A stretch of DNA of 64,000 nt, taken from positions 103,035,667-103,099,666 of the forward strand of contig NC_057717.1 in assembly GCF_004010195.1 (NCBI RefSeq). Reading direction: 5' to 3'. This DNA comes from Chiloscyllium plagiosum (lineage: Eukaryota). This document shows, piece by piece, positions 35,892-48,084 of this stretch (positions within the stretch are counted from its first letter, which is position 1; every line of letters starts with the position of its first letter). The notes under the pieces were generated by a model that worked only from the letters and a program-made list of their open reading frames with translations, was not told where the DNA came from and made no database searches. The position numbers and the translations under genes were made by a program.

Positions 35892-36220
35892 GGGCAGCAT
35901 GATGGCTCAGTGGTTGGCACAGCTGCCTCACAGCGCTAGGGACCTGGGGTTGATTCCAGCCTCGGGCAACTGTCTGTGTGGAGTTTACACATTCTCCCCA
36001 TGCCTGTGTGGGTTTCCTCTAGCTTTCTCCCACAGTCCAAAGATGTGCAAATTGGGGTGGATTGGCCATGCTAAATTGCCCCATAGTGTTCAGGGATGTG
36101 TTGGCAAAGTGCATTAGTCATTGGAAATGTAGAGTAATCAGGTAGGGGGGTCTACTCTTCAGAGGGTTGGTGTGGACATGATGGGCCAAACGGTCTGTTT
36201 CCACACTGTAAGTAATCTAA
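35892..36220 (+). mobile_element. HE1/V-SINE
   Basis: Full head, V domain and tail. Confidence 0.92.
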
Positions 36221-36227
36221 TCATAAT

Positions 36228-36512
36228 ATCCCTATAGCGTGGAAACAGGCCCTTCGGCCCAACAAGTCCACACTGCCCCTCCTTAGAGCAACCCACCCAT
36301 ACCCCTACACCTAACACAACGGGCAATGTAGCATGGCCAATTCACCTAACCTGCACATTTTTGGATTGTGGGAGGAAACCAGAGCACCCGGAGGAAGCCC
36401 ACGCACACACAGGGAGGGTGTGCAACCTCCATATTGACAGTTGCCTGAGGTGGGAATTGAACCTGGGTCTCTGGTTCTGTGAGGCAGTAGTGCTAACCAC
36501 TGTGCCACCGTG
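36228..36512 (-). mobile_element. HE1/V-SINE, tail-to-tail with the previous copy
   Basis: Full head, V domain and tail on the reverse strand. Confidence 0.92.
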
Positions 36513-36571
36513 CTGTATGATTCTATGAGATCAGTGCTACAGACCAGGTGTCAGAATGCCCAGCATTGCAG

Positions 36572-37105
36572 GCACAGGGTGGCTCAGTGGTTAGCACTGC
36601 TGCCTCACAGCACCAGGGACCCTGGTTTGATTCCTCAGGTGATTGTCTGTGTCGAGTTGTATGTTCTCCCCATGCCTTCCTACTGGCAAGCTGTTACGTG
36701 CTCTCTCTCTCTCTTTCTCTCTCGCTCTCTTTAGATTCATAATGAAAGCAGGCACAATAAGAGAGACGGAATCTTAATGGAGGCTTCTTCAGCCCCTCAA
36801 TTCAGTATCTACCCTCGGGCAACTGTCTGTGTGGAGTTTACACATTCTCCCTGTGTCTGCATGGGTTTCCTTCAGGTGCTTTGGTTTCCTCCCACAGTTC
36901 AAAGATGTGCAGGTTAGGGTGGATCGACCATGCTACATTGCCTGTAGTGTGCATGGATGTGCAGACTAGGTGGATTAGCCATGGGAAATGTCGGGTGACA
37001 TGGATAAGGTGAGGGAGTGGTTCGAGGTGCAATGGTCTTCTGGAAGGTCAGTGTGGACTCGATAGGCTGAATGGCCTGCCTCCCCGCTGTGAGGGTTCTA
37101 AGGTC
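36572..37105 (+). mobile_element. Two HE1/V-SINE fragments (36572-36680 and 36812-37105)
   Basis: Head fragment and 5'-truncated body. Confidence 0.82.
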
Positions 37106-37796
37106 AATGATATTCCACACATGGTAAGGATAGGTACCACATCTTTCCACTGCCCCCCACCAAAAGGGACACCACTTACTCTAAATCTGCCACTGGTGGA
37201 GTCCCTCACTAAGGTCCTGGGAGAACACTGTCACAACTGGATACACCTTGCCTCTCAAACAGTTCAGCCTGCCAGACAAACAGCCCTTCCTGCCTCCTGT
37301 GGTTCATACTCACTCGCTGGGAATGCCTTACCACCTCCCGTGGTTCTGCACCACCACTTGACTGTTCCCCCCCAGCTCCATCGATTTACATCCCATCAAA
37401 GCCCGCAATCACTTTATTTGTGATCCACTTTCATTTCTTCTTGCCTGTGCTAAGGACTCAGGTAGCACAAACCCCAACATAGACGTCCTGGTGGGCGACC
37501 TCCCCAATAAAAGCCCCCACAGCCTGGCTCAATGGTGAGATTGCAAAGTCACTATATCCGGCTCGAGGGTAAAATCTAAATAAATTCTTTCATTGTTGAG
37601 ATTCCGATTATTTTCATTCTCATCATGTTTTCTCACCAGCGCTACTCCAACAAGAGGAAAGCTTTGCCCTTTGTTTCTCTCCCTGTAGATGAGTAAAGTC
37701 GCCACAATCTTACCTGACCACAGAACCACTCTACCAGTTCTTAATTATTTTTGGGTCTAAGATAGTGCCGTGTGTGGTGACATTAAAAGCTTGATC

Positions 37797-38105
37797 ATAG
37801 ACTCCCTACAGCGTAGAAGCAGGTCATATGGCCCATTGAGTCCACACCAACTCTCTGAAGAACATCTCATCCAGACTCACCTCATAAACATGCATTTCCC
37901 ACCTAATTTTCACATCACTGGACACTGTGGGCAATTTAACACGGCCAATCCACCCAACCTGCACATCTTGAGATTGTAGGAGGAAACCCACGCAGACACA
38001 GGGAGAATGTGCAAACTCCACACAGACAGTCACCCGAGGCTGGAATCGAACCTGGGTCCTGGTGCTGTGAGGTACCTGTGCTAACCATTGAGCCAGCACG
38101 CTGCA
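37797..38105 (-). mobile_element. HE1/V-SINE
   Basis: V domain and head. Confidence 0.88.
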
Positions 38106-38944
38106 CGTTTCACTGTACTCCTGTAGTTTTGCACATGCGTACACGTGACAGGCAAGTCCAGATCTAAATCTCTCTCTCTCTCAAGATATCAATCATTAAA
38201 AAGCATTAACTTGTCATTCTTCTTCCGAGAGATCCTGAGACTACTTGTTTCTGGGAGAAGGACTTGGGAAAGCAGTTTGTGTTTTATTCTGTGGTTGGCA
38301 TTGATTTCTTTCATTACACTAGCTATTACTATCTGTGAACAATGAGCATTTGATACTGATCCTCTGTATAAAGGATACAAGTCTCTCCTTTTTGATGGAT
38401 ACAATAGCAACATGATCACACACATTGCAGCCCCTTTCAACGTTGACCCATAAAGAATGTACAACACTGGAACAGGGCATCTGGTTCAGACCACTGTGTA
38501 TTCTCCACCTATCCTGTTGCAGATCTCCATCAACATTAACCTCTGCTTCCTTCTCCCTTATGCACTTGTCCAGCTTTCCCCTTAAGTGCATCAATGTTAT
38601 TCACCTCAACACGGGAAATTCCAAATCCTCACCACTCCTTGATGAAAGGAGCATCTTTCGAATTCACTGTCAGGTTTTTTGGGATGTATTTTTGCTGGAC
38701 CCCACAAGTGGAGACATTCTGGCTACTCATGTAATTTTAAAGGACTCCATTTGGTCATCACTGACGTAAATCAACACCTTTTCAACATCAAAATGAATTT
38801 TGCTTTCAAGAATGTCTCGATGGATAGTATATATGCTGACATCACAGTGACTGCACAGGAGGAGCGAGGCTCAAGTGGAACAATTAAGATTGGCAAGGGA
38901 AGAAACTAAGCTAGGAAAAAAAACCTGCTAATCTCTACTCTGTA

Positions 38945-39146
38945 AACAAGCAGGAGACTGGAAGAACACATCTAGCCAGTCGGCGTCAGGAGATGGAGAG
39001 GTCAATGTTTCAGGTGTAACCCTTCTTCAGGACCTGAAACATTGTCCTTTCCACCTCCTGATGCTGCCTGCCTTCCTGTGTTCTTCCAGCCTCCTGCTTG
39101 TCTTTGGATTTCAGCAATTACAAACTTTTTTTTGCCTCTAACCACG
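38945..39146. mobile_element. Fold-back PLE element with 13-bp TSD and reverse-strand hammerhead motif (39000-39034)
   Basis: TSD tctctactctgta at 38932-38944 and 39147-39159; reverse complement ggtc-CTGAAGA-AGG gttaca CCT-GAAA-ca-TT-gacc. Confidence 0.8.
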
Positions 39147-39382
39147 TCTCTACTCTGTAGTCAATGAATTTTACACCGAGGAGAATCCTTTGTTCTCCAC
39201 TTCAAATATAGAGTTGATCATTACGTCAAGAAAGGACATGTGTGAAATCTTGTCCAGACGAGCCACTTTCTCGTAAGAACCTGGACTCCGCACACATTTG
39301 AATGTGAATGACATTACCACTGAGACTAATGTCTGCATATCCCAACATTTCTCACTTTCCTCAATGCTATCTCAAAAAGAGG

Positions 39383-40590
39383 ACATCAGTGGTGGGCATG
39401 CTGTTGGAGGGAATCCTGAGGGACAGGATTTTCATGTATTTGGAAAGGCAAGGACTAATTAGGGCAAGTCAACATGGCTGTGTGCGTGGGAAATCATATC
39501 TCACGAAATTGAGTTTTTTGAAGAAGTAACAAAGAGGATTGATGAGGGCAGAGTGGTAGACGTGATCTCTATGGAATTCAGTAAGGCGTTCAACAAGGTT
39601 CCCCAAGGGAGACTGATTAGCAAGGTTAGATCACACGGAATACAGGGAGAGCTAGCCATTTGGATACAGAACTGGCTCAAAGGTAGAAGACAGAGGGTGG
39701 TGCTGGAGGGTTGCTTTTCAGATTGAAAGCCTGTGACTGGGATCTTGATCAGATGGGCTAATGGGCCAAGGAGTGGCAGATGGAGTTTAATTTAGATAAA
39801 TATGAGGTGCTGCACTTTGGAAAAGCAAATCAGAGCAGGACTTATACACTTAATGGTAACGTTTTGGGGAGTGTTGCTGAACAAAGAGACCTTGGAGTGC
39901 AGGTTCATAGCTCCTTGAAAGTGGAGTTGCAGGTAGATAGGATAATGAAGAAGGCGTTTCGTATGCTTTCCTTTATTGGTCAGAGCATTGAGTACAGGAG
40001 TTGGGAGGTCATGTTGCAGCTGTACAGGACATTGGTTAGGCCACTTTTGGAATATTCTGGTCTCCTTCCTATCAGAATGCTGTTGTGAAACTTGAAAGGG
40101 TTCAGAAAAGATTTACAGGGATGTTGCCAGGGTTGGAGGATTTGAGCTATAGGGAGAGGCTGAATAGGCTGGGGCTGTTTTCCCTGCAGCATCGGAGGCT
40201 GAGGGGTAACCTTATAGACGTTTACAAAATCATGAGGGGCATGGATAGGATAAATATACAAGATCTTTTCCCTGGGGTGGGGGAGTCCAGAACTAGAGGG
40301 CATAAGTTTATGGTGAGAGGGGAAAGATATAAAAGAGATCTAGGGGGCAACTGTTTCACACAGAGGGTAGTACGTGTGTGGAATGAGCTGCCAGAGGAAA
40401 TATTGGAGGCGAGTACAATTGTAACATTTAAAAGACATCTGGATGGGTATATGAATAAGAATGGTTTGGAGGGATATGGGCAAGTGCTGGCCAATGGGAC
40501 GAGATTAATTTAGGATATCTGATCGGCATGGACAAGTTGGACTAAAGGGTCTGTTTCCATGTTGTACATCTCTATGACTCTATGACTCTA
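39383..40590 (+). mobile_element. CR1 LINE ORF2 3' half with internal deletion
   Basis: SQHGCVRGKS.LT; MEFNLDKYEVLHFGK; KLERVQKRFT...; (ctatgact)n tail. Confidence 0.93.
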
Positions 40591-41049
40591 ATTGTAGCAT
40601 CTGTATTGCTCCTCTTGTTGACAGCAGCTCCCCCAGTCAGTGTAGAGACTGAAAAGCCTCCCTGGTGGTCAGGATTTAGTGCGCTCACCACATCCCACTG
40701 GGTTGATTCCTGATCAGTTTATTGTGAGTAAGTTAGCTCAGTTGGCTGGCTGGATGGTTTGTGATGGGATGTTAACCATACGGGTTAAATTCCCACATCG
40801 AGGTTACCATGAAGGTCCTGCCTAATTAACCTTTATAGTTGATACCTCACAGTCCAGGTTTTCACAAGAGACTGACTAGTCTGGCCAAGCATCCACACAG
40901 CATCTTTCACACATGATGCTTTCTGTAGTAAGATCTCTTGACTGTACTACCAGCCCAAGTAGTGTTGACCTACAGGTTAAACTCACCACCAGTCATATCT
41001 CTGAAATGGGACTGTGCCAACTTTATTATCTCGAGATTGACCCTAAGCC

Positions 41050-41860
41050 ATAGGAGCAGAAATAAGCCACTCAGCCCAATGATTCTGTTCCACCAATCAA
41101 TGAGATCTTGGCTGATCTGATAATTCTCAACCTATGTCCCCGCCTTTTCCCAATGACTTTTGATTTCCTCCCTGATTAAAAATCTGTCTGCCTTGGTTGT
41201 GTGTATGCTTAATACCGAATAGGCCCAGCCTTTCCTGTCCTCTGCTTTAGAGAATTCCACAGATACACTAACATTCTGGGAGAAGAAATCCCTCCCTATC
41301 TCAGTCTTAAATGTGTGACCCCTTAGTCTGAGATTATACCCTCTGGTCCTCGATTCTTCCATAGGAGGAGACAATCTTTCCACACCTGCCCTGAAAAGCC
41401 CCCTAAGAATGAGGTCACCTCTCATCTTCTAAACCTCAATAAGCACTAGCCCTACCTACTCAACCTCGCCCTCACATGGCAATCCCTTCACACCTCGAAG
41501 CAGCCTTGTGAACATTCTCTGGACTGCACTCCAATGACAATCCATCTTTCCTTAGATAAAGGGTCTAAAGCTGTTCACATTATTCTAGCTATGGTCAGAC
41601 TCGGTCCTAGTGTAGTTTTAACAAAACCTCCCTTCTTATTTACTCCATTTCTTTTGAAATAAAAGCCAACATTTTATTTGCCTTCCCTATTACCCATTGA
41701 ACTTAGGTGTCAGCTTTTTGAGATTCATGGACAAGGACTCTCAAACGTTTTTGTTTTGCATTCTTCTTCCATTTAAACAATCTTCAACCCGTCCTTTCTT
41801 CCTGCCAAAGTGCATAGGCTCACATTTGCCTACATTGTATTCTATCTACCAATCTTCCAC
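41050..41860 (-). mobile_element. Older CR1 LINE 3' fragment
   Basis: ESRTRGYNLRLRGHTFKTEIGRDFFSQ. Confidence 0.85.
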
Positions 41861-41865
41861 CTCTT

Positions 41866-42440
41866 TGAGTATGGAAGTTGGGACGTTATGTTGAGGTTGT
41901 ACAGGACATTGGTGAGGCATCTTCTGGAGTATGTGTCCAGTTCTGGTTGCCCAGTTATAAGAAGTATATTATTAAGCTGGAGAGGGTTCAGAAGAGATTT
42001 ACCAGAATAGGGAAGGTTTGAGTTATAAAGAAAGGCTGGGATTTTTTTTCACTGGAGTGTAGCAAGTTGAGAGGTGATCTGATACAAGTTTATAAAATAA
42101 TGAGGGATATAGATAGAGTTGATGGTAGTTGTCTTTTCCCTAAGATGGAGAATTTCAAGACTGAGGGGGCACATTTTTAAGGTGAGAGGAGAGAGATTTG
42201 AAAAATACATCAGAGACAATGTTTTTACACAGAGATTGGTTTATGTGTGGAATGAACTTCCTGAGGAAGTGGTGGATGCGGGTACAGTTACAACATTTAA
42301 AAGACATTTGGATAAGGACAGGAATAGGAGGGATATGGGCCAGGAGGAGGCAGGTGGGACTAGTTTAGTTTGCGATTATGGTTGGCATGGACTGGTTAGA
42401 CCGAGGGGTCTGTTTCTCTATATGACTCTATGTCTCTATG
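41866..42440 (+). mobile_element. CR1 LINE 3' fragment
   Basis: DVMLRLYRTLVRHLLEY; FTQRLVYVWNELPEEVVDAG. Confidence 0.9.
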
Positions 42441-43182
42441 AAAGTACTTTACCAGGTGAGCTCTTGAGGGAAGTAGGTGCATTGTCAAAGTACATGATAT
42501 CAGAAATGATTCAGTAAACTTCCGAAGACATGTCACTGTATGAAATGGGTTAATAAGATGCACAGTAGATTCAATGTTAACTTGTGTTTCACTTCATCAA
42601 TGTCTTTGTCTGAAGTCTGTTTTTGACCTCTTTATTTCCCATATTGCTCAGTCTCCGCCTGTGTACTTTTATTTGTGATTTGATTTAATTTACTATTGTC
42701 ACATGTGCCTAGGTACAGTGAAAAGTTTTGTTTTGTGTGCAGTATGGGCAGATCATACCATGATCTATCCGATGGATCAGAATTCACGAGAAACACTTAG
42801 TAGTCGAGGTCACTGGGTTGCCAGGTTCTGTCACTGTAGCTGGACAAGTTGCTGCACTGCGTTGTGATATTAGTGAACTCAATACTGAGAATAGGAAAGT
42901 GTTGGCAAAGGTCCTGCAACAACTTATCAAGCACTGATATTAATTTTCCTTCCTTGATTTAGGTAAGACCATATTTATTACATGTCTTACAGATATCTTA
43001 CACGCAATGGCACATTTTGGATTCCACTGGTAGCTGTCAATTGTGATTTTTGTTTTTACAATCTACCTTTTCAGGTGCATTATGATTGGCTTCTGAGGTA
43101 GGTGAGATGCAAATGCAGGCCTTCTGAGCCAGAGGCAGTGACACTACCACAAGCCCTTCGAGGTGATATCTATTGACTGGAA

Positions 43183-43410
43183 ACAAACGAAAATGCTGGA
43201 GATCACAGCGGGTCAGGCAGCGTCCATGGAGGGAGAGCTAGCTAACATTTCGAGACTAGATGACTCCTCAAAGGAGCTCTGATGAAGAGTATCTAGACTT
43301 GAAACGTTAGCTTGCTCTCCCTCCACGGATGCTACCTGACCCGCTGTGATCTCCAGTGTGTTTTTTTTGTTTTCAGTACAGATTCCAGCACCTACAGTAA
43401 TTCACTCAAT
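43183..43410. mobile_element. Fold-back PLE family-3 element
   Basis: ctggagatcacagcgggtcaggcagcgtccatggag / ctccacggatgctacctgacccgctgtgatctccag arms, one-sided tail. Confidence 0.82.
43274..43313 (+). ncRNA. Minimal type-I hammerhead ribozyme motif (PLE family 3)
   Basis: gagct-CTGATGA-a-GAGT atctag ACTT-GAAA-cg-TT-agctt; 4-5 bp stem I, palindromic AACGTT, GUU triplet. Confidence 0.68.
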
Positions 43411-44209
43411 AATCTATGGTCTCTTCTTAACTGTCCTGGTGGAGTTCTGGTGAGTCTTCTTGAGCTGCCATAGTCTAAGTGATGAAGGTGTTGTGCAGGT
43501 AGACAATTGCTTTCAATGAAGTGGCTTCCCAGACCAATTCAGTGGCTGTTGAGGTGAACCCTACAATGTAAGACTTGCACGTTTCATTAGCCTAGGGGTA
43601 TGATTCTCAGTTTGGGCTTTTCATTAGGTCCCAGGTTCCAATCTTGCACGGGCTCTTTAAGTCTGGCTTACAGCCACCTAAGAACTGCCTGACGTTGCTG
43701 AGAAGACTCATGGTGCAGTGGTAGTGGCCCTATCTCTCAGCCAGAAGACGTGTGTTCAAGTTCTACCTGCCATAGAATGGTGCTTGTAATGTGTCCAAAT
43801 AGGTTAATTTTTAATAAAGCCGCGGGATGAAAGTCAAATTAGATGGAAGCTATTAGCAAACCTGTTAGGTTTTGATCATGTGGTTAGATTTCAGATGTTG
43901 CGCGACAAATTACCAGATTTATTGAATTCAGTTTTGCAACTTGACATGTTTGAATTTGAACTTATCACCTCTGTCTCATTAGTGATACAGACTATGTAAA
44001 ATGCAGTTGTTTTGAATGAATTATTGAATGCCTAAATGTACATCTTCAACTCGACAAACAAGCCCAAACATGAAAACGTTTCAACATCATAAAAGTATTA
44101 CAACATGGCGTTAGCTTTATGACCACAACCACTAAGTTACCAGGTCACAGAGCGCTGTGACTTTGGTCACTCTTTGCTCTACTATATCAAGAACATGGGC
44201 TTCCCTCAC

Positions 44210-44740
44210 AGAGCCAGCATTTACTGTTGGAGCCTAGTTGCCCCTTGAGAAGGTAGTAGAGAGCTGCCTTCTTGAACTATTGCAGTCCGAGTGGTGTAGT
44301 TTGACCCACAATGCCCTTAGAGAGGGAACCCAGTAACAATGAGGAAACAGTGATATATTGCCAAGTCAGGATGATAAGTGACTTGGAGGGGAACTTGCAG
44401 GGGGTGTAGTTCCCATGTATCTGCTGCTCTTATCCTCAAATTCCTTGACGGTCTGCTGATGCACTGCTGCTATTATGCACTAGAGGAAGCACATGTTGAA
44501 GATTAGAGTGTCAGTCAAGCGGACTGCTTTATCCTGGACAGTTTCAATCTTCTTGAGTACTGTTGGGGCTGCTCTCATTCAGGCAGCTGGGGAGTATTCC
44601 ATCACACTCCTGACTTGTGTCTTCAGGTGGTGGACAGGTTTTGCGAGTCAGGAGATGAGTTACTCGCTGATTCCTACTCTCTGATCTAATCTGGTGATCC
44701 ATGTGGCTGATTCAATTCAGTTTCTGGTTAATGATAACTC
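44210..44740 (-). mobile_element. Family-B LINE 3' fragment
   Basis: ggaggggaacttgcagggggtg..ttcccatgtatctgctgc and ggagtattccatcacactcctgacttgtg. Confidence 0.8.
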
Positions 44741-44745
44741 ATATT

Positions 44746-44937
44746 GAAGTGGTGGAGGCCGGTAAAATTGCAACATTTAAAAGACATTTGGATGGGTATA
44801 TGAATAGGAAGGGTTTGGAGGGATATGGGCTGGGTGCTGGCAGATGGGACTAGATTGGGTCGGGATATCTGGTCGGCATGGATGGGTTGGACTGAAGGGT
44901 CTGTTTCCATGCTGTACATCTCTATGACTCTATGACT
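44746..44937 (+). mobile_element. CR1 3' end
   Basis: EVVEAG...FKRHLDGYMNRKGLEGYG plus ctatgact tail. Confidence 0.9.
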
Positions 44938-44939
44938 TT

Positions 44940-45160
44940 AATGCAACAGTGCTGTCTTTCTGGGTCAGATGATAAACATTCTGTTCAGGGGGATACAACA
45001 GATCCCACAACATATTTTAGAACAAGAGCGAAGAACTCTCTTGTTGCTTTGGCCAAAATGTATCCCCTGGCCAATTGTATTGGAGACAGACAAAAAAAAC
45101 TGATCAATTAGCTCATTGGCTGCGTGTGATTCTTGGTACTTGCAAACAATGGCAAAACTT
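44940..45160 (+). mobile_element. Deu-domain SINE remnant
   Basis: gtgctgtcttt...ctgttcagggggatacaacagatcccac...tattttagaacaagagc; complementary in pattern to 21680-22105. Confidence 0.5.
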
Positions 45161-46685
45161 GACTGTTAATGTGTTAGTGACAGAGATTAGAGTGTAACCA
45201 TAACAATGCAATGAGATTTGCAATGTATTTGCATGGGGACAGCTGCTACCAGAGAGTTCACTGGGTTTTGCAATATGTGTCTTGCTGCTTTGTAAGTGCC
45301 AATGAACCACTTCTGTGTAATTTTACTGTGCCATCCCACTTTAATGTTCTGGGAAAATCAATGGGTTGATGAGAGTGCTGTGAAGTTGCAACTACCCCCT
45401 TGGTTCCGTACCTTCCTTCCAGGCATTTGACTTGACAAACCTCCCAGGCTGAGGATTGAAACGTTGCTTACTTGTCCCAGTGACCTACTTCTGTGCCCTT
45501 TCACTCAATGCTTGCTGTGTTGCTCCTTATTGATCTAAATAACGTTGCCGCATGGATCTTGGAAATGGTTCAAAGCCGACATGAATCAAACCACTTCACT
45601 CGCCTTTTTGTTCCCAGCACTAATTATGATACCAATGGAGATGTGTAATGAGCTTTTAAAACAATGTTTCTTGTAGCCTAAAGCATAGTTTTTATTTGCA
45701 CACTTCCTAATCCACAAACCAACGTGGGTGGAAACTTTCAGATGTATAATGTGATAAATTATAGGCTGCAGCATTTTCTGTCACCCACCCGATCTTTCAC
45801 AGTGAGATCAACTGAACATTGGAGATGTTTTTTATGTGCAGATGATGCACATCACCTTGGACTCTCTTAAAGCATCTCGTAGCCATATACAGTGGGATAT
45901 CAGCATTGGAGTGAACACGTTGGGCCGAATGGTCTGTTTCTGTGCTGGAAACTAGCCGATGGATTATCTTTCAATGTGTACTTTTGTACATCGTGCGAGT
46001 CACTTTATATTCAATGAGCTATTTCATGCCAAGACTGGAAGTGGTGGAGGCTGGTACAATTATAATATTTAAAAGGCATTTGGATGGGCGTATGAATAGG
46101 AAGGGTTTGGAGGGAAATGGGCCGAATGGTGGCAACTAGGACTATGTTAATTTAGGACATCTGGCTGGGATGGATGAGTTGGACCAAAACATTTAGCCTA
46201 TATCCCTCTAAACCCATCCTATCCATGTACCCATCCAGATACAAGGTCGGAGGATTTGTAGGGTTCTGACTCAATTAAGCTCAATGCAAGGTTATAACAT
46301 TACTGGATAATTATCAAACTGATCCAACAATTGACTACTGACCTCCCTCCACCCTCACATTCACTAACCCACAGCTCCCCCCCCCCCCCCCCCCCCCCCC
46401 CCCACAACCCACAACACAAATGACCCGACTCCAACAGACAACTCCCAACCAGACCCCTGAACCATCCTCACTGGACCTGATACCATATACTCACAACTCA
46501 TCGGGAACTGAGTCCGCCAAACCCAGCACACTATCCCCATTATCACCAAATCCACCCTCACCCAACCCCACTAGACCCAACACCCAGCCAATAGACACTT
46601 CATGAGAACGATTCCAGGGATGAGGAATTTGAGCTGCATAAATAGCTTGGGGAAAATAAGACTGTTCTGATGCAGAAGATTTTTT

Positions 46686-47140
46686 TGATTTGATTCACGT
46701 GTTGTCACATGTACCTAAGTACAGTGAAAAGTTTTGTTTTGTGAGCAGATCTTAGCATACAAGAACATACAGACTGTAGGGTGTTTAGACAGAGTGAGGC
46801 ATACAGGGTTATGACTGCATGGGAGGTGCACAAAGCAAGATCAACATTAGATTTGAAATTAGAGAGGTCAGTCTATTAACAGCGGGGGAGAAGCTGTTCT
46901 TGTAACTCTTGGCGCATGTGTTCAAGTTTACGTATCAGAGAGAAGAGTTTGGAAGAGAGCATTACCGGGGTGGGAGGGGTCTTTGATGATGTTGGCAGTC
47001 ATTCCATAGCAACGAGCTGTGTAAATGGAGTTCATGAATGGGGGGGGGGGGTTGGCTTCCATGGTGGCTTGGGCTGTGCACACCACATCTGTAGTTTCCT
47101 ACATTCCTGGGCAGAGCAGTTGCTCTACCTAACCATACTA
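46686..47140 (-). mobile_element. Rex1/Babar-like LINE 3' remnant
   Basis: ttgtcacatgtacctaagtacagtgaaaagttttg...agaagctgttcttg...gggcagagcagttgc; same tail at about 42680-42765. Confidence 0.6.
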
Positions 47141-48084
47141 AGAGAAGCCTAAGATCAGATTTGATTGACTGTATTTACAATCACAAAGATTCTAGACAGT
47201 GTAGTTAGGAAAAACCACCCCAGTGGATGGATGGGTTGAGAACCATGGGACACTGATTTAGGGCAATTGTCAAACGAACTGAAGGTAGCAGTGGAAAACC
47301 TGTCCCACGCAGTGAGCAGTAACTTTCTGGGGTTCACTGCCTTTGGTGGAGCCAGATTCAGTTGTGGCTTTCAGAAATGAATTGCAGACACATAACTGAA
47401 GAGCAAATATGTTGTGGGGGACTGGGTTTGGCTGAATTATTCTTGCAGAGAGCCACGTGATAGACTGAAATGGCCTCTTTCTGTGCCATAACCACTGGAT
47501 GGTTTATGAAATAGGGAATTTACAAAAATAACAAGGAGACTTGGTTACATTTGCAACCAATTCTTATGATAAAAACAAATACATAATGTCTGTCACAATT
47601 CTATGAAAACATGCTTTAATTACTTCCAATGAAAATTGAATGTGCCTCACAGCTCCTTCAGTGAAGCCCACCAACATTTTGCCAATACCTAGTCCTCCAT
47701 CAATTCATTTTTGTTCCGTTGTCCCAATGGCGAGAATAAGCTGCAAAGTTCTCGTTTTCTTTGTCCTGAACAGCGTTGCTTTAGAAGCGTCGTTAGTGTC
47801 GTTGATTATGACATAATGATGGCTCCTGCAGACTCCAGTGGTGTACATAAAAAAAAACCCCGCTCATGTCAAGCTGGAAGGTCTGCTGTGTAGTAGCAAT
47901 GCTCCAATGACTAGCTTCGTAAACAAAAAGAGAATATTTACACAATAAATCAGACAAGCTAATTAAACGAGCAGAATATTGATTGGATTGTGCAAATTCT
48001 GCTGAGGAGTTGAATCGTTTTGCTTGTGTGTCTGCCATGCTGCCTTGGAGACTTGCTGACACGCTGCTCCTAAGTGCGAAACAA

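Noticed and set aside
46420..46605. Pro/Thr/Ser-rich mucin-like ORF
   Set aside because: C/A-rich low-complexity sequence next to a poly-C run with no convincing splice sites.
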